From NCBI GenBank assembly GCA_964016885.1, contig OZ024740.1, forward strand, positions 51,708,001 to 51,772,000: a stretch of 64,000 nt of DNA, given 5' to 3'. A program made the position numbers and the translations under genes. Source of the stretch: Eledone cirrhosa. Taxonomy: Eukaryota. The notes under the pieces are model-generated. The model saw nothing but the letters and a program-made list of their open reading frames with translations, had not been told where the DNA came from and did no database searches. Positions 53,872-64,000 of the stretch are shown here, one piece after another. Position 1 is the first letter of the stretch. Every line of letters starts with the position of its first letter.

Positions 53872-54945
53872 ATCATCATCATCATCATTTAACTTCTATC
53901 TTCCACGCTAGCGTGGGTTTAGACGGGAATTGTCCCACTTGAGGCAAGTTTGGTTGTCTTGCTTGTGTAGGACTGTCTGGCAGGTTTTCTACGGCTGGAT
54001 GCCCTTCCTTACACCAACCACATTACAGCGTGGACTGTGTGTTTTTTTTGTCGTGACACCTATACAACCTCATTTATTTAGGACTCGATGTTGTGGTACC
54101 AACATAACTTTACAGTGAAAAGGGTGATGTAGATGGGGGTGGGGGGATGGGGTGTATTTTGGTTAAGAGGTGCCTACTGACTGTAGGTTTCGCTTTGTAC
54201 TTAGGCAAGGCAGGTCTTCTGTATTACTGTGTGGCGCCAAAGGTCTTGGTCCAGTGACATTGTCTTGGAGAGGTGTAAGTGTGTAAGGTCGGAATTTATC
54301 AAATCGTCCCAGGTTTTTCTGGGTCTGCCTACTCTGTAGCTACCGTCTATTTTGATCGCCCTGCATTTTTTTATACGTCCCGTTCTAACTCTAGCTACTG
54401 TATTTTCAATGCAACCTCCACCACTGCTGATTGTGTCACCCAGGTAACGGAAGGTGTCCACTATTTCTATAGAACCATCTGGGCAATGGAACGAGCTAGT
54501 ATCCTGTGGGCACTTGCTACTACTTATTGCACCTGAGCACCGGCTACATATAAAATCTATGTTCTTAGTTAGCTTACCTGTGATCCCACTACATCTTTTA
54601 TGCACACATACTTTGCATTTGGGAGATAAAATAGAGTTTCTGCCTACTCCTTTCCTACACACTGAGCATGGCCATTTCCCAGAGGGGACCAGTGCCCTAT
54701 TTTCCTTCCTACATACTAACCCTTTAATCTTAGACAAGTTAATTTTAAGGCCTTTTGATTCTAGGCCATGCTTCTAGGCTTGGAATTTCTTCTCTAGTTC
54801 AGCCATCTATTCAGCTATGAGCGTTAGATCATCTGCATATAGAAGTTTCCATGGGCAGCCAGTCTTGAACTCCTCTGTTATAGCCTGAAGGGCAATAATA
54901 AATAGGCAGGGGCTAAGGACAGAGCCTTAATGAACACCAACTTTT
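53872..54945 (-). mobile_element. RTE LINE with PHD-like cluster (same group as 36478-38380), 3' part with full 3' UTR
   Basis: LLYADDL, GKWPCSVCRKGVGRNSI..VHKRCSGI, VGRPRKTW. Confidence 0.85.
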
Positions 54946-55329
54946 AAATTAAAAACTCAAAAGAGGGAGCATAAGAATTATCACACAGTCAATCAGTTTT
55001 CGCAACTGGGTCAGTTACACAGATGGAACACACTCATAATAGATATAGACTACATCCCAAATTTATCGCAAGTGAAATCATTTAGCAAAAAGAGTGGAGA
55101 AAATTTGGGGAAGAATCTAGAGTTAAGCTCTCAAAGTTCAATCCTGCACTTTCTCAACTAGATCTGACAACATATAAAGCATATCAGACACTGAGCAATA
55201 TTGATAAAAACTGGACATATACTATTGAATTACATTTTATCACAAACTCATTGTAGAGAATCACCTTTATGTTCTTGTGGCGACTTCCCAGAAACTCTCT
55301 GGTACTATTTGTTCCAATGTAAAAACTAT

Positions 55330-56500
55330 CAATCTGAAGCTGATCATTAAAAAAGTATCAGGTTTGGAGATACATTATATGGACGCTTTCATCCAAACAA
55401 TAAAAGCACCTTGATGGTACTTACACTCGCCTGCTTCAACGCATTCAGAATATAAGCTGGCGACATCTGACTTTGAGAGAGATATATGCTGGCCTCTCAT
55501 GTATATCTGTCATTGTAAGTAAAAGGAGAGTAAGATTTGCTGGCCACTGCCATCATGCCACCTATGAGGCTGTGTCCCCATTGGTGCTTTGGAAACCACA
55601 AGCAGTCATTAATAACAGGGGGTGCAAGCTCTCATATACTGATCTCATTGTAGCAAGCTACTTTCCTTTGGCGCATTGATAGGCTATTCGTGCGTGATTT
55701 GGCTAAGTCAGGCCAATCGTGAGCCGCGCACGGAAATGTATTTTCAACTTCCGCCCAAACGGAGATTTTCCCGCTACTTTTAATAAACTCTTTCTCTTGC
55801 AGCTTTGATCATGGAAAGGTAAACACCATTTTTATTTTGCCGTAGACCCCCCAGCCAATATGTAACAACAACAACAACATAACTGCGGCCTGGCCAATAC
55901 CTCAGCCAGTTGACTGAACCTCCTAAAATCTTAATTTGTTTATTTCTTTGTTTGGCATGCCAGCTCAACCTTTGTAATCGGTTTGTAAATAAAATATGTA
56001 AAAACATTGTAATGTCTTGTGATGCTATTACCACAGCCATAGCCTTTAAATGTGATATGGAAAGATCCTTTTCATATCAGAGTTATTATTACAGCAGCAA
56101 CAGAACCTGGACTTACAGCCGAACCTCAATTCAAGTAACATTGCCATATAACAAAACCGATTACATTTATTGATATAACAAACCATACATTTCCTGTTAT
56201 AACAAACTACATATCAATATTATTATTCTTGTTGATATTCCTATTATTATTGTCGTTGATATTATTATTACATGGCATAATATTATTTAACAGCTAAACT
56301 GGTGACTATTAAATGTCTGCTATATTGGTGACCTCTGTTGATACAAAACAAATATTATCATTACTATAAATCGGCTAAATCATCTGCAGAGATTCTGGTA
56401 TTGAAATCCAGGACTTGGCAACGGCAATGAAAGACAGACCCACGTGGAGATCCATTGTTGAGTCCATTTCGACAGAGGCAGCCGGATGATGATGATGATG
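55330..56500 (+). mobile_element. RTE/RTEX-like LINE 3' end interrupted by an insertion of about 700 bp (about 55650-56365)
   Basis: RRVRFAGHC..LVLWKP..; the frame resumes ..DSGIEIQDLATAMKDRPTW.. and ends in (GAT)n. Confidence 0.6.
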
Positions 56501-57324
56501 ATATTGTAAAAGATTTACTAACTTTAAACAAAATCTTTGAGTAAAGGGAGGTTACGAAAAGATTCAACAAAAGTACCTTCTAACTGCTTTACAGCTTTCC
56601 TTGTTTCCCATTTTTTCTTTGTCTTTTTTTTATGTTTATTTTGCCTCCTGTTGGCCTTCCCTATTTAAATTTTTTATTTCACTTTATTTTTTAAAACTTA
56701 TATTCACTTATCAATGGAGCAAAATTTTGTCAGTTGTGTAGCTCTGAAAAGTGAAATATACTCTTCAAAGAAACGCTGCTTAAATACGCACCTCAACTGT
56801 TTCAATCGTTGTCTCCACAAAGCGAAATTCGTTCTGAAAATGGTCTAGACCAGACTAATATTTTCGACTTTTCAAATGAATCCATGTCTCTTCGTGCAAC
56901 ACAAGTTACCTAACTTTTTCTTGTTAGAGTTAGCCCCCTTTACAATTATAAAATTTAAGTTGTCTGTCTAATTAAAGGGTACTTTTCGGATTACCTGCCC
57001 TTAGAACTGCCAAGAATCTTCACGGATGTACTCCATTGTTGTTATGACAGTCTGAATAATTTGGGATAAACAACCAACGAAACTTAAGTATCTGTCACTG
57101 TTATAACTAATTATACATAATTTGTCCAACGGACTGAGTGCTCTAAACTCTTGGATATTTATACCATGTTTGTACTACAATATGTATATATGATGCCTGA
57201 AAACTCTGCTAAGAATATTGCAATCACTTGTCAGATTTAGATGTGTGACGCTTGGGTATAGCTTTTCAAGCCTACTATGGCTAAGTAGTGAGTCTCGTTA
57301 TGTGTATGTGTGTCACACACACAT

Positions 57325-57825
57325 ACATATATGAATGATCCATTGAAAACTTTATCTAGAGCAGGTTGGTACATGATTTCAGTCTTCTTAAGACTGATTG
57401 TCAGTCCCAAAGCACTGCACGCATTAGAAAAATAATCCATAAAGTGTTGCACGTCACTCTGCGAGTGAGCAAAGAGATCACATCATCAGCATACAGGAAT
57501 TCTGTTTGCCTTGTATTTCGCAATGGTGTTCTTCATGGCCTTCAAGGATTGTCAACGTGGTATCTATCTCAGATATTGCACTTCTGGTAAGCTGTTCAAT
57601 CTCAGGCGTCTCACTGCCAACACTAAGGTACTGACTACTTTGATCAGAGAATTTTTGTATGCAGATGATTGTGATCTCTTTGAACACTCCCAGAGTGACA
57701 TGTAACACCTTATGGATTCTTTTTCCAATGCATGCAGTGCTTTGGGACAACCAGTCTGAAGAAGGCTGTCGTCATGTACCAACCTGCTCCAGATAAAGTT
57801 TTCAATGAACCATACATATATGTAT
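57325..57825. mobile_element. RTE/BovB-like RT fragment duplicated in inverted orientation
   Basis: GKLFNLRRL..EFLYADDC on + and FSNACSALGLTISLKKTE.MYQP on -. Confidence 0.75.
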
Positions 57826-57877
57826 ACGGTCATCTATGTATGTGTGTGTGTGTGTAATATATATATATATATAGAGA

Positions 57878-59690
57878 GAGATTACACAAGTATCAAGGTT
57901 ATGTTTAAAACATTTAATCGCTGACAATTGTTTCTTCCTAACTTAAGCTTGAACTCCTCGGAGCATTATTAATGTTTGTACATATAATTAACCTCCTATT
58001 CAACTGAAGAATCATACAGATACATATATATTGATGTTGTGGACAACAGTTTCATGTTTACAGGGTGGAATGGATGCGACATATATTATACGAGAATTGT
58101 ACAATAATTCAAATTAAGATTAAAATTAAAATTAAAAATTAAAAGCAAAGGGTGGAATACATGCGACAGATAATACAAGAGAATAGTCTAATAATTAAAT
58201 TAAAGAGATAGTACATGCGTTAGTCATATACAAAGGAATGGAACAAGCAAATGTATCATGCATATATGAGTACTGTATGGCAAGGTATTACATGAAATAC
58301 GAGCACTATAAGCGAATATGTTAGTGTATTATGGGGGATGCAATGCAATGATATTTTCTGTATAGTTCAAATTTGTATGTGTGAAGAATATGAAAGTTAC
58401 AGATTTCACATCCATTACATAAGTTAAGTTATATTTGTATTGAATGTTTGTTATAGTAATGGATTGTAACTTGGTGTTATTTAATCCATATTTATGGATT
58501 AGAGTTGTTCTACTGCAAGAATTTTCAACGGTTTAATATTCGGAAGTGGATATGGAATTAAGGGGAGGTAACTAGCTCATAATAATTAAATTCCTTGCTC
58601 TAATAGACATTATATAGTGCCTCAATTGAATCCCTTATATAAAAAAAGTTATGTATTTATATTCAATTTTAAATACAGTCTATTCTCTCATAATATATTA
58701 AAGGTTTCATTAGATTGTTGTCTACCCAATATTATATAGTGCCACAAATGAATCCCTTATACAAAATGTTATATATTTATATTTAATTTCAAATACAGTC
58801 TACTCTCATAATATATTAAAGGTTTCATTAGATTGTTGTCTACCCAATATTTGGTAAGATATGGAATAACGTAAAGCTGTTTGTATGATAAATTAGATAC
58901 ATCCCTTGAGTAAATAAATTAATCCTTTATATACAATGTTATTAATTTATACATTTAATTATAAATGTATATATAATTCATTGTTACATTTAATATTTGA
59001 AGTTTATATATATTATATTATATTTCAATCACTATATAATTATAAGTAAAGTAATTATATTAAAAGGTGGTGACTATAAGAATATTTCTAGAGTATAATG
59101 TTAGAGATAAAAATGGTTTGTGTAGAGGAAAGGGGTGGATCAAAGAGTGTAATGCAGCGGTGGAAGGCAAATCTTAGAGGTGAAGTGCTAATGGCGGTGA
59201 TGAGTTCAGATCTGACATTGTTATATACTAGGTTTAAAGCTATAGAATAAGTGTCGGAAACGATGCAAACACTTCCAATTTTTTATTTAGGAGGTTAAGA
59301 TTCGAAAAGATTATAGTATGGGTCTCTAGGAGACAGAGGTTACAAACTTTATTAGGTGGTTTATACGATGCAGCCTTACCTACTACTTCCCATTGAAGTG
59401 TATATGTTCTATTCCTAGTTTTCAGATAGTGTGTAGCTAGATAGTGAAGTATAGTTGGCTAGATTGTGTTTTTTTGAAAGAGTGCAGGTGTGAGTTGTAT
59501 CTCATCTTGAAGCAGTTCGAAGTAGAGTTTATATATGTTTTAGAAGAGTCGTTAGTGTTGACCGTGCAGGAGTAAATGATGTCTTTGATTAAGCAGACAT
59601 CATTTACTCCTGCACGGTCAACACTAACGACTCTTCTAAAACATATATAGGCTCTACTTCGAACTGCTTCAAGACGAGATACAACTATAC
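57878..59690 (-). mobile_element. 5'-truncated Penelope-like element (GIY-YIG C-terminus + 3' UTR + pLTR)
   Basis: CLIKDIIYSCTVNTNDSSKTY..F..RYN, AASYKPPNKVCNLCL.E; about 125-bp tandem duplication in the UTR at 58610-58850. Confidence 0.8.
57919..57965 (-). ncRNA. Minimal hammerhead motif (variant)
   Basis: tgct-CCGAGGA-g-ttc..gaa-GAAA-C-AATT-G-TC^-agcg. Confidence 0.55.
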
Positions 59691-59709
59691 ATAGCTATAA
59701 ATAGTATCT

Positions 59710-59764
<55 letters not shown>

Positions 59765-59829
59765 TTTATTATGGCTAAGTCGTGAGTCTCGTTATGTGTG
59801 TGTGTCTTTGTATACACACACACACACAT

Positions 59830-60400
59830 ATAAAACCTCATAGGTAGAGTCCTCTATTGTAGTGTAGATCCTGACAAAGTCAAGGGCCCTCTTCAGAATA
59901 GGGAGGGTGATTAACACATAATAATTATCAATGTCAAATTGGAGAAACAATCCGGTGTATAATGTGGTCCAACAGTGCTTGATAATCTGTCCTCTGTCCA
60001 ACTCTATATATACTCTAGCTCCTTTGGTAGAGCACTTTTTCCAACCCTAATCCAACTCCCCAGTGATCACCTACACACCATAATTCAAAAGAAGACCATC
60101 GATTTCTCCACCAAAAACATACCCTTTCCTACTAGGAATGTATATCTCAGACTACTGCTGTAGAAGACTGACATCTTCATCAAAAGACTAAGATGGCGTG
60201 CATTCTTCTACAACCAACACAATTAGCAGTGTGTCAATCTCCAACAAATAGAGACATCGGCCAACCCACTACTGGCTGAATTTGGAACAGAGCTTTACTC
60301 TTTGATCAAGAATTTAAAATTTAAAAAGCACCTTAATGAGTTCAAGAAGAAACTCCAACAATTTACCAGAGAACTCAAAAACATCAATGACCTTCTGGCA
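59830..60400. mobile_element. Penelope-like RT fragments
   Basis: Minus strand QFDIDNYY..ITLPILKRALDF; plus strand STKNIPFP..FIKRLRWRAFFY. Confidence 0.55.
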
Positions 60401-60652
60401 CAAACAACCTGTACCTCATTGACCATGAGCATTACCACTGATTCAACTAGGTTAACATATGTTGATGCCATAAGGACAGACACTGGTCTCTTGGAGATGC
60501 AGGACATGGATGGCAGTGATAAAGAGGGACAGAGACCGCTGGAGAGAACTCATCCATGGATCTCGGGAATTTTACCCGTCCTAGATATAGATAGAGATAT
60601 ATATACACACAAAAATATGGATTGAGGAAGGCGAATGTGGTTACTGATAACG

Positions 60653-61193
60653 AGTGTTAGAAGGTAAGACGATACAAACAAGAGATGGAAAGTTTCCCTT
60701 TGTCAGCTGTTTACTATGGGTCATGGATGTTTCGGCACATTAGAAACAGAACATCGATCCATAGCCTTTTATCTATCAAAAAGCCATGAGGAAAAGAAGT
60801 GATAGCGAAAAGAGAGAGAAAGAAAGAAAAAAAAATGGGAGAAGAAAAAAAGGAAAAAATGAAGTAAACATACCAATAGAAGGGGAAACACAGGACAATG
60901 GCTCATGTAAGTGAGTAACCCAAGAGAAAATAGATCAAGTTAAACAAAGCCGTTGGGTTTAAGCCCGGAGGCCATAGTAACAGAGGCGATTACTCACTTA
61001 TATGTGCCATTGTCCTGTGATCCCCCTTCTATCACTTCTTTCCCACATGGCTTTTTGATAGATAAAAGGGTATGGGCGTGCTATGGATCGATGTTTTGTT
61101 TATAATGTGCCGAAACATCCATGACCCGTAGTAAAACAGCTGACGAAGGGAAACTTTCTATCTCTTGTTTGTGTCGCCTTACTTTCTAACACT
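60653..61193. mobile_element. Diverged fold-back element ending in (TA)n
   Basis: Outer arms 60653-60805 / 61030-61193 and inner arms about 60875-60920 / 60990-61031. Confidence 0.7.
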
Positions 61194-61364
61194 ATATATA
61201 TATATATACACTATATTCAATCATAATCATCATTTTACGTCCGCTTTTCCCTGCTTGCAAGGGTGGGACGGGAACTAATTCTGGCTTGATTTCTACAGCT
61301 GGATGCCCTTCCTAACACCAACCTCATTGACAGTGAGTGCTGGGTACTTTTTTGCAGTGGAATG

Positions 61365-61735
61365 ATAGGGACCCCAGTCATATCATCTCATTTCTACAGC
61401 TGAGTAAACTGGAGCAATGTGAAATAAAGTGTCTTGCTCAAGGAAACAACACATCACACTATATATATATAAATATACATAATATATATATATATATATA
61501 AATATACATAATATATCGAGAGTCGATTGACTTTTGTCAAATTGGACTGAGGAAACAACCTTCCGTTGGTCTTTCCAATTGCTAATACTATCTGTCGGTC
61601 GCAACTCCAGGTAGAAGGAGCAACGTGAAATAAAGTGTCTTGCTCAAAGGCATAACGCATCACCCGGTCCAGGAATCGAACTCACAACCTCACGATTGCG
61701 CATCTAATTCTCTAACCACTCAACCACGCACCTTC
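61365..61735 (-). mobile_element. SINE family 2 copies
   Basis: gtgaaataaagtgtcttgctcaa occurs twice; B-box gttcgattcc on the minus strand. Confidence 0.7.
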
Positions 61736-61815
61736 ACATTCCTCAGTGAAAGAACAACCCAACCAGGAACTGGGCATATCAGAGTATTGACAAAGTAAAA
61801 CAACTCAACAACATG

Positions 61816-62061
61816 TGTACTCGTCTCTACCACACTAATTCGGACTGCCTGAAGAGGTCACAGCCAAAGATGGCTGTCACCGAAATATATATAGCAGTAA
61901 TAAACGAAGCCAAATTTTAAACCTTTGACTTATTTATTTTAGTTTATTTTATATATATAAAATTTGGCTTTGTTTATTACTGCTATATATATTTCGGTGA
62001 CAGCCATCTTTGGCTGTGACCTCTTCAGGCAGTCCGAATTAGTGTGGTAGAGACGAGTACA
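61816..62061. mobile_element. Fold-back with two inward-pointing hammerheads
   Basis: About 103-bp near-identical inverted arms. Confidence 0.85.
61844..61898 (+). ncRNA. Minimal type I hammerhead ribozyme, the best-preserved copy
   Basis: actgc-CTGAAGA-ggt-c-acagcca-aaga-tggctgt-c-acc-GAAA-T-ATAT-A-TA^-gcagt. Confidence 0.8.
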
Positions 62062-62305
62062 TATATATATATATATATATTAAAACACACAGTCCACGCT
62101 GTAATGTGGCCGTGTAGGCAACACGGTAAAAACCTCCCAGACCCACACTGTAAATGTGGTTGGTGTTAGGAAGGGCATCCAACTGTAGAAAACCTGCCAG
62201 ACAGTCCTATGCGAGCAAGACAATCACTCTTGCTTCAAGTGGGACTACCCCCGTCCAAACCCATGCAAGCGTGGAACACGGACATTAAACGTTGATGATG
62301 ATGAT

Positions 62306-63603
62306 ATTATACTTGGGGAGGGTCATATTTGTGTAATATTGCCAGAATTAATAACAGAACACACTCACTGTTTGGTTGGTTTTCGCTTCTGTGAAAGACC
62401 CTCATAGAACTGGACATGAAAGGAATTTGCCCATTATACAGGAGCAAATCATGGAATAGCTTAGATAAGGCTAGACATAAGATAGGGAAAGCCACCTCAT
62501 GGTACGACAACCAGAGATACCAGAGTGTCATGTTTGTTGACGCTACCTCTGGAGGGAAATTAGCTAACCAGTGTAGAAAGGCCCTGAGAAAGACCCACTT
62601 AAAGATTAAGGTGGTAGAAAAGCCAGGAACCACGATAAAATCCCTGATCAGCAAAACCTACCCTTTTAAGAAAACCCACTGTACTAATAGGAAATGTATC
62701 ATATGGAAGGTAAACCCCCGGATAAACTGTAAAACTAGAAACGTAGTCTATAGCATAAGATGTACAGAGGGTACTTGCAGAAACATGACAACAACATACA
62801 TAGGTGAGGCAGCTCGTAGCATAGGTGAAAGGATAGACCAACACTGGGGGAACTAAAAGGACGAAAAAACGGTTCAGTACTATACGAACATGCCAGACAA
62901 CAACACGACGGTAACATAGACAACATAGAAATTAGAATAATATCTAAACATAGAAATGACCCAGCAGAGAGGCCAGTGAAATAGAACTTAGAAGGCCAAG
63001 GCTAAACAGAAAGAATGAATGGAATAACAACAACACCCAAACAAACAACACTGACCCAAGAGAAGTATAAATAAATAAATAGATAAACAAATACATACAC
63101 AAGCACAATAACAACAAACAGATATAAACACACACTAGTAAAGATAGAAGACATTAACCAATACACAGTCACCCAATCACGAACACACATCAAACAAAAC
63201 ACTATACACACGCAAACGCATGCGCAAAGAAGACAAAATAAAATAAACAAATAAATAAATATATAAACAGACTAAATAAAGATGGTGTAGAAAATACAAT
63301 GTAACGGGAGGAAACAATAGCACCACTGACGATGTTGCAGATGTGCAACGAAAGAACTTTGATAAACTATATGTATGACTTTGTGTCTATATTGTATCTG
63401 TATTATTTTTTACCGTTGGTCAATCAATGGCAACATTGAGGACCGAATAAATTAGATTACCAATATAAAAGACACAGAAGCGAAAACCAACCAAACAGTG
63501 AGTGTGTTCTGTTATTAATTCTGGCAATATTACACAAATATGACCCTCCCCAACAATATTTGTTTCGACACACGATTTCATATCAAAAACCTCGCAAAAC
63601 TAA
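62306..63603 (+). mobile_element. 5'-truncated Penelope-like element with GIY-YIG and a short inverted terminal copy
   Basis: VMFVDATSGG..VVEKPG..C..C..CKTRNVVYSIRC..YIGEAARSIGER..H; after a frameshift SVLYEH..H..LNRKNEW; inverted repeat 62313-62393 / 63473-63553; CTGACGA-t-gttgca-gatg-tgcaac-GAAA at 63326-63353. Confidence 0.85.
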
Positions 63604-63807
63604 TATATATATATATATATATATACAATATATAAACAGAGAGAGCCTTAAGCGATACTCCGACCAACTCCATCTCACTCAATAAACATTAGGATATACC
63701 TAAGTATTATCCCAATTTAGTGTTTGGGGTGCTAACTAATCAGTATTTCGTGGATAGCTGGTTGTATTATTTTATATGAGACATTATTAAATAAATATCT
63801 CTTTCCT

Positions 63808-63931
63808 TCCAGACGGCCGTTTCGTTATAAGATTTCTACAATTTGGGATAAATAATTTCCAGCTTATGTAGAAACTTGTATATAATCCGTAGTTTTATAC
63901 ACAAGCGGGCACTTATAAACTCATCAGTGAA
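63808..63931 (-). ncRNA. Hammerhead motif with a greatly extended stem II
   Basis: ttca-CTGATGA-g-tttataag..(about 80 nt)..cttataa-c-GAAA-C-GGCC-G-TC^-tgga. Confidence 0.6.
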
Positions 63932-64000
63932 TGCCCAAATAATATCGATATAAGAAACATATCGACATTAATAGAATGGTGATGGTCTCCCTCAGCGCTG

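Overview
Animal (non-vertebrate) nuclear DNA, AT-rich and dense in microsatellites and transposon remnants. The SINE and LINE types suggest a cephalopod such as Octopus (inference). The only intact host genes are two tandem minus-strand copies of a BAP29/BAP31-family gene, each with an uninterrupted CDS (35409-36128 and 42125-42847). The rest is decayed mobile DNA: CR1-, CRE-, RTE- and I/Jockey-like LINEs, a Helitron helicase relic plus complete non-autonomous Helitrons, a hAT MITE with TSD, a mariner end, tRNA-derived SINEs, a GC-rich satellite fused to a TTAGGG/CTAGGG array, and Penelope-like (GIY-YIG) elements. The most striking signal is a set of more than 15 long fold-back (inverted-repeat) units, mostly in or beside (TA)n tracts. 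About 10 carry a minimal type I hammerhead-ribozyme core (stem I - CUGANGA - stem II - GAAA - tiny palindromic stem III - NUH - stem I') from several distinct sequence families, and two of these families are physically linked to Penelope GIY-YIG ORFs. All structure calls were made by eye, with no folding or database searches, and repeat boundaries are approximate.
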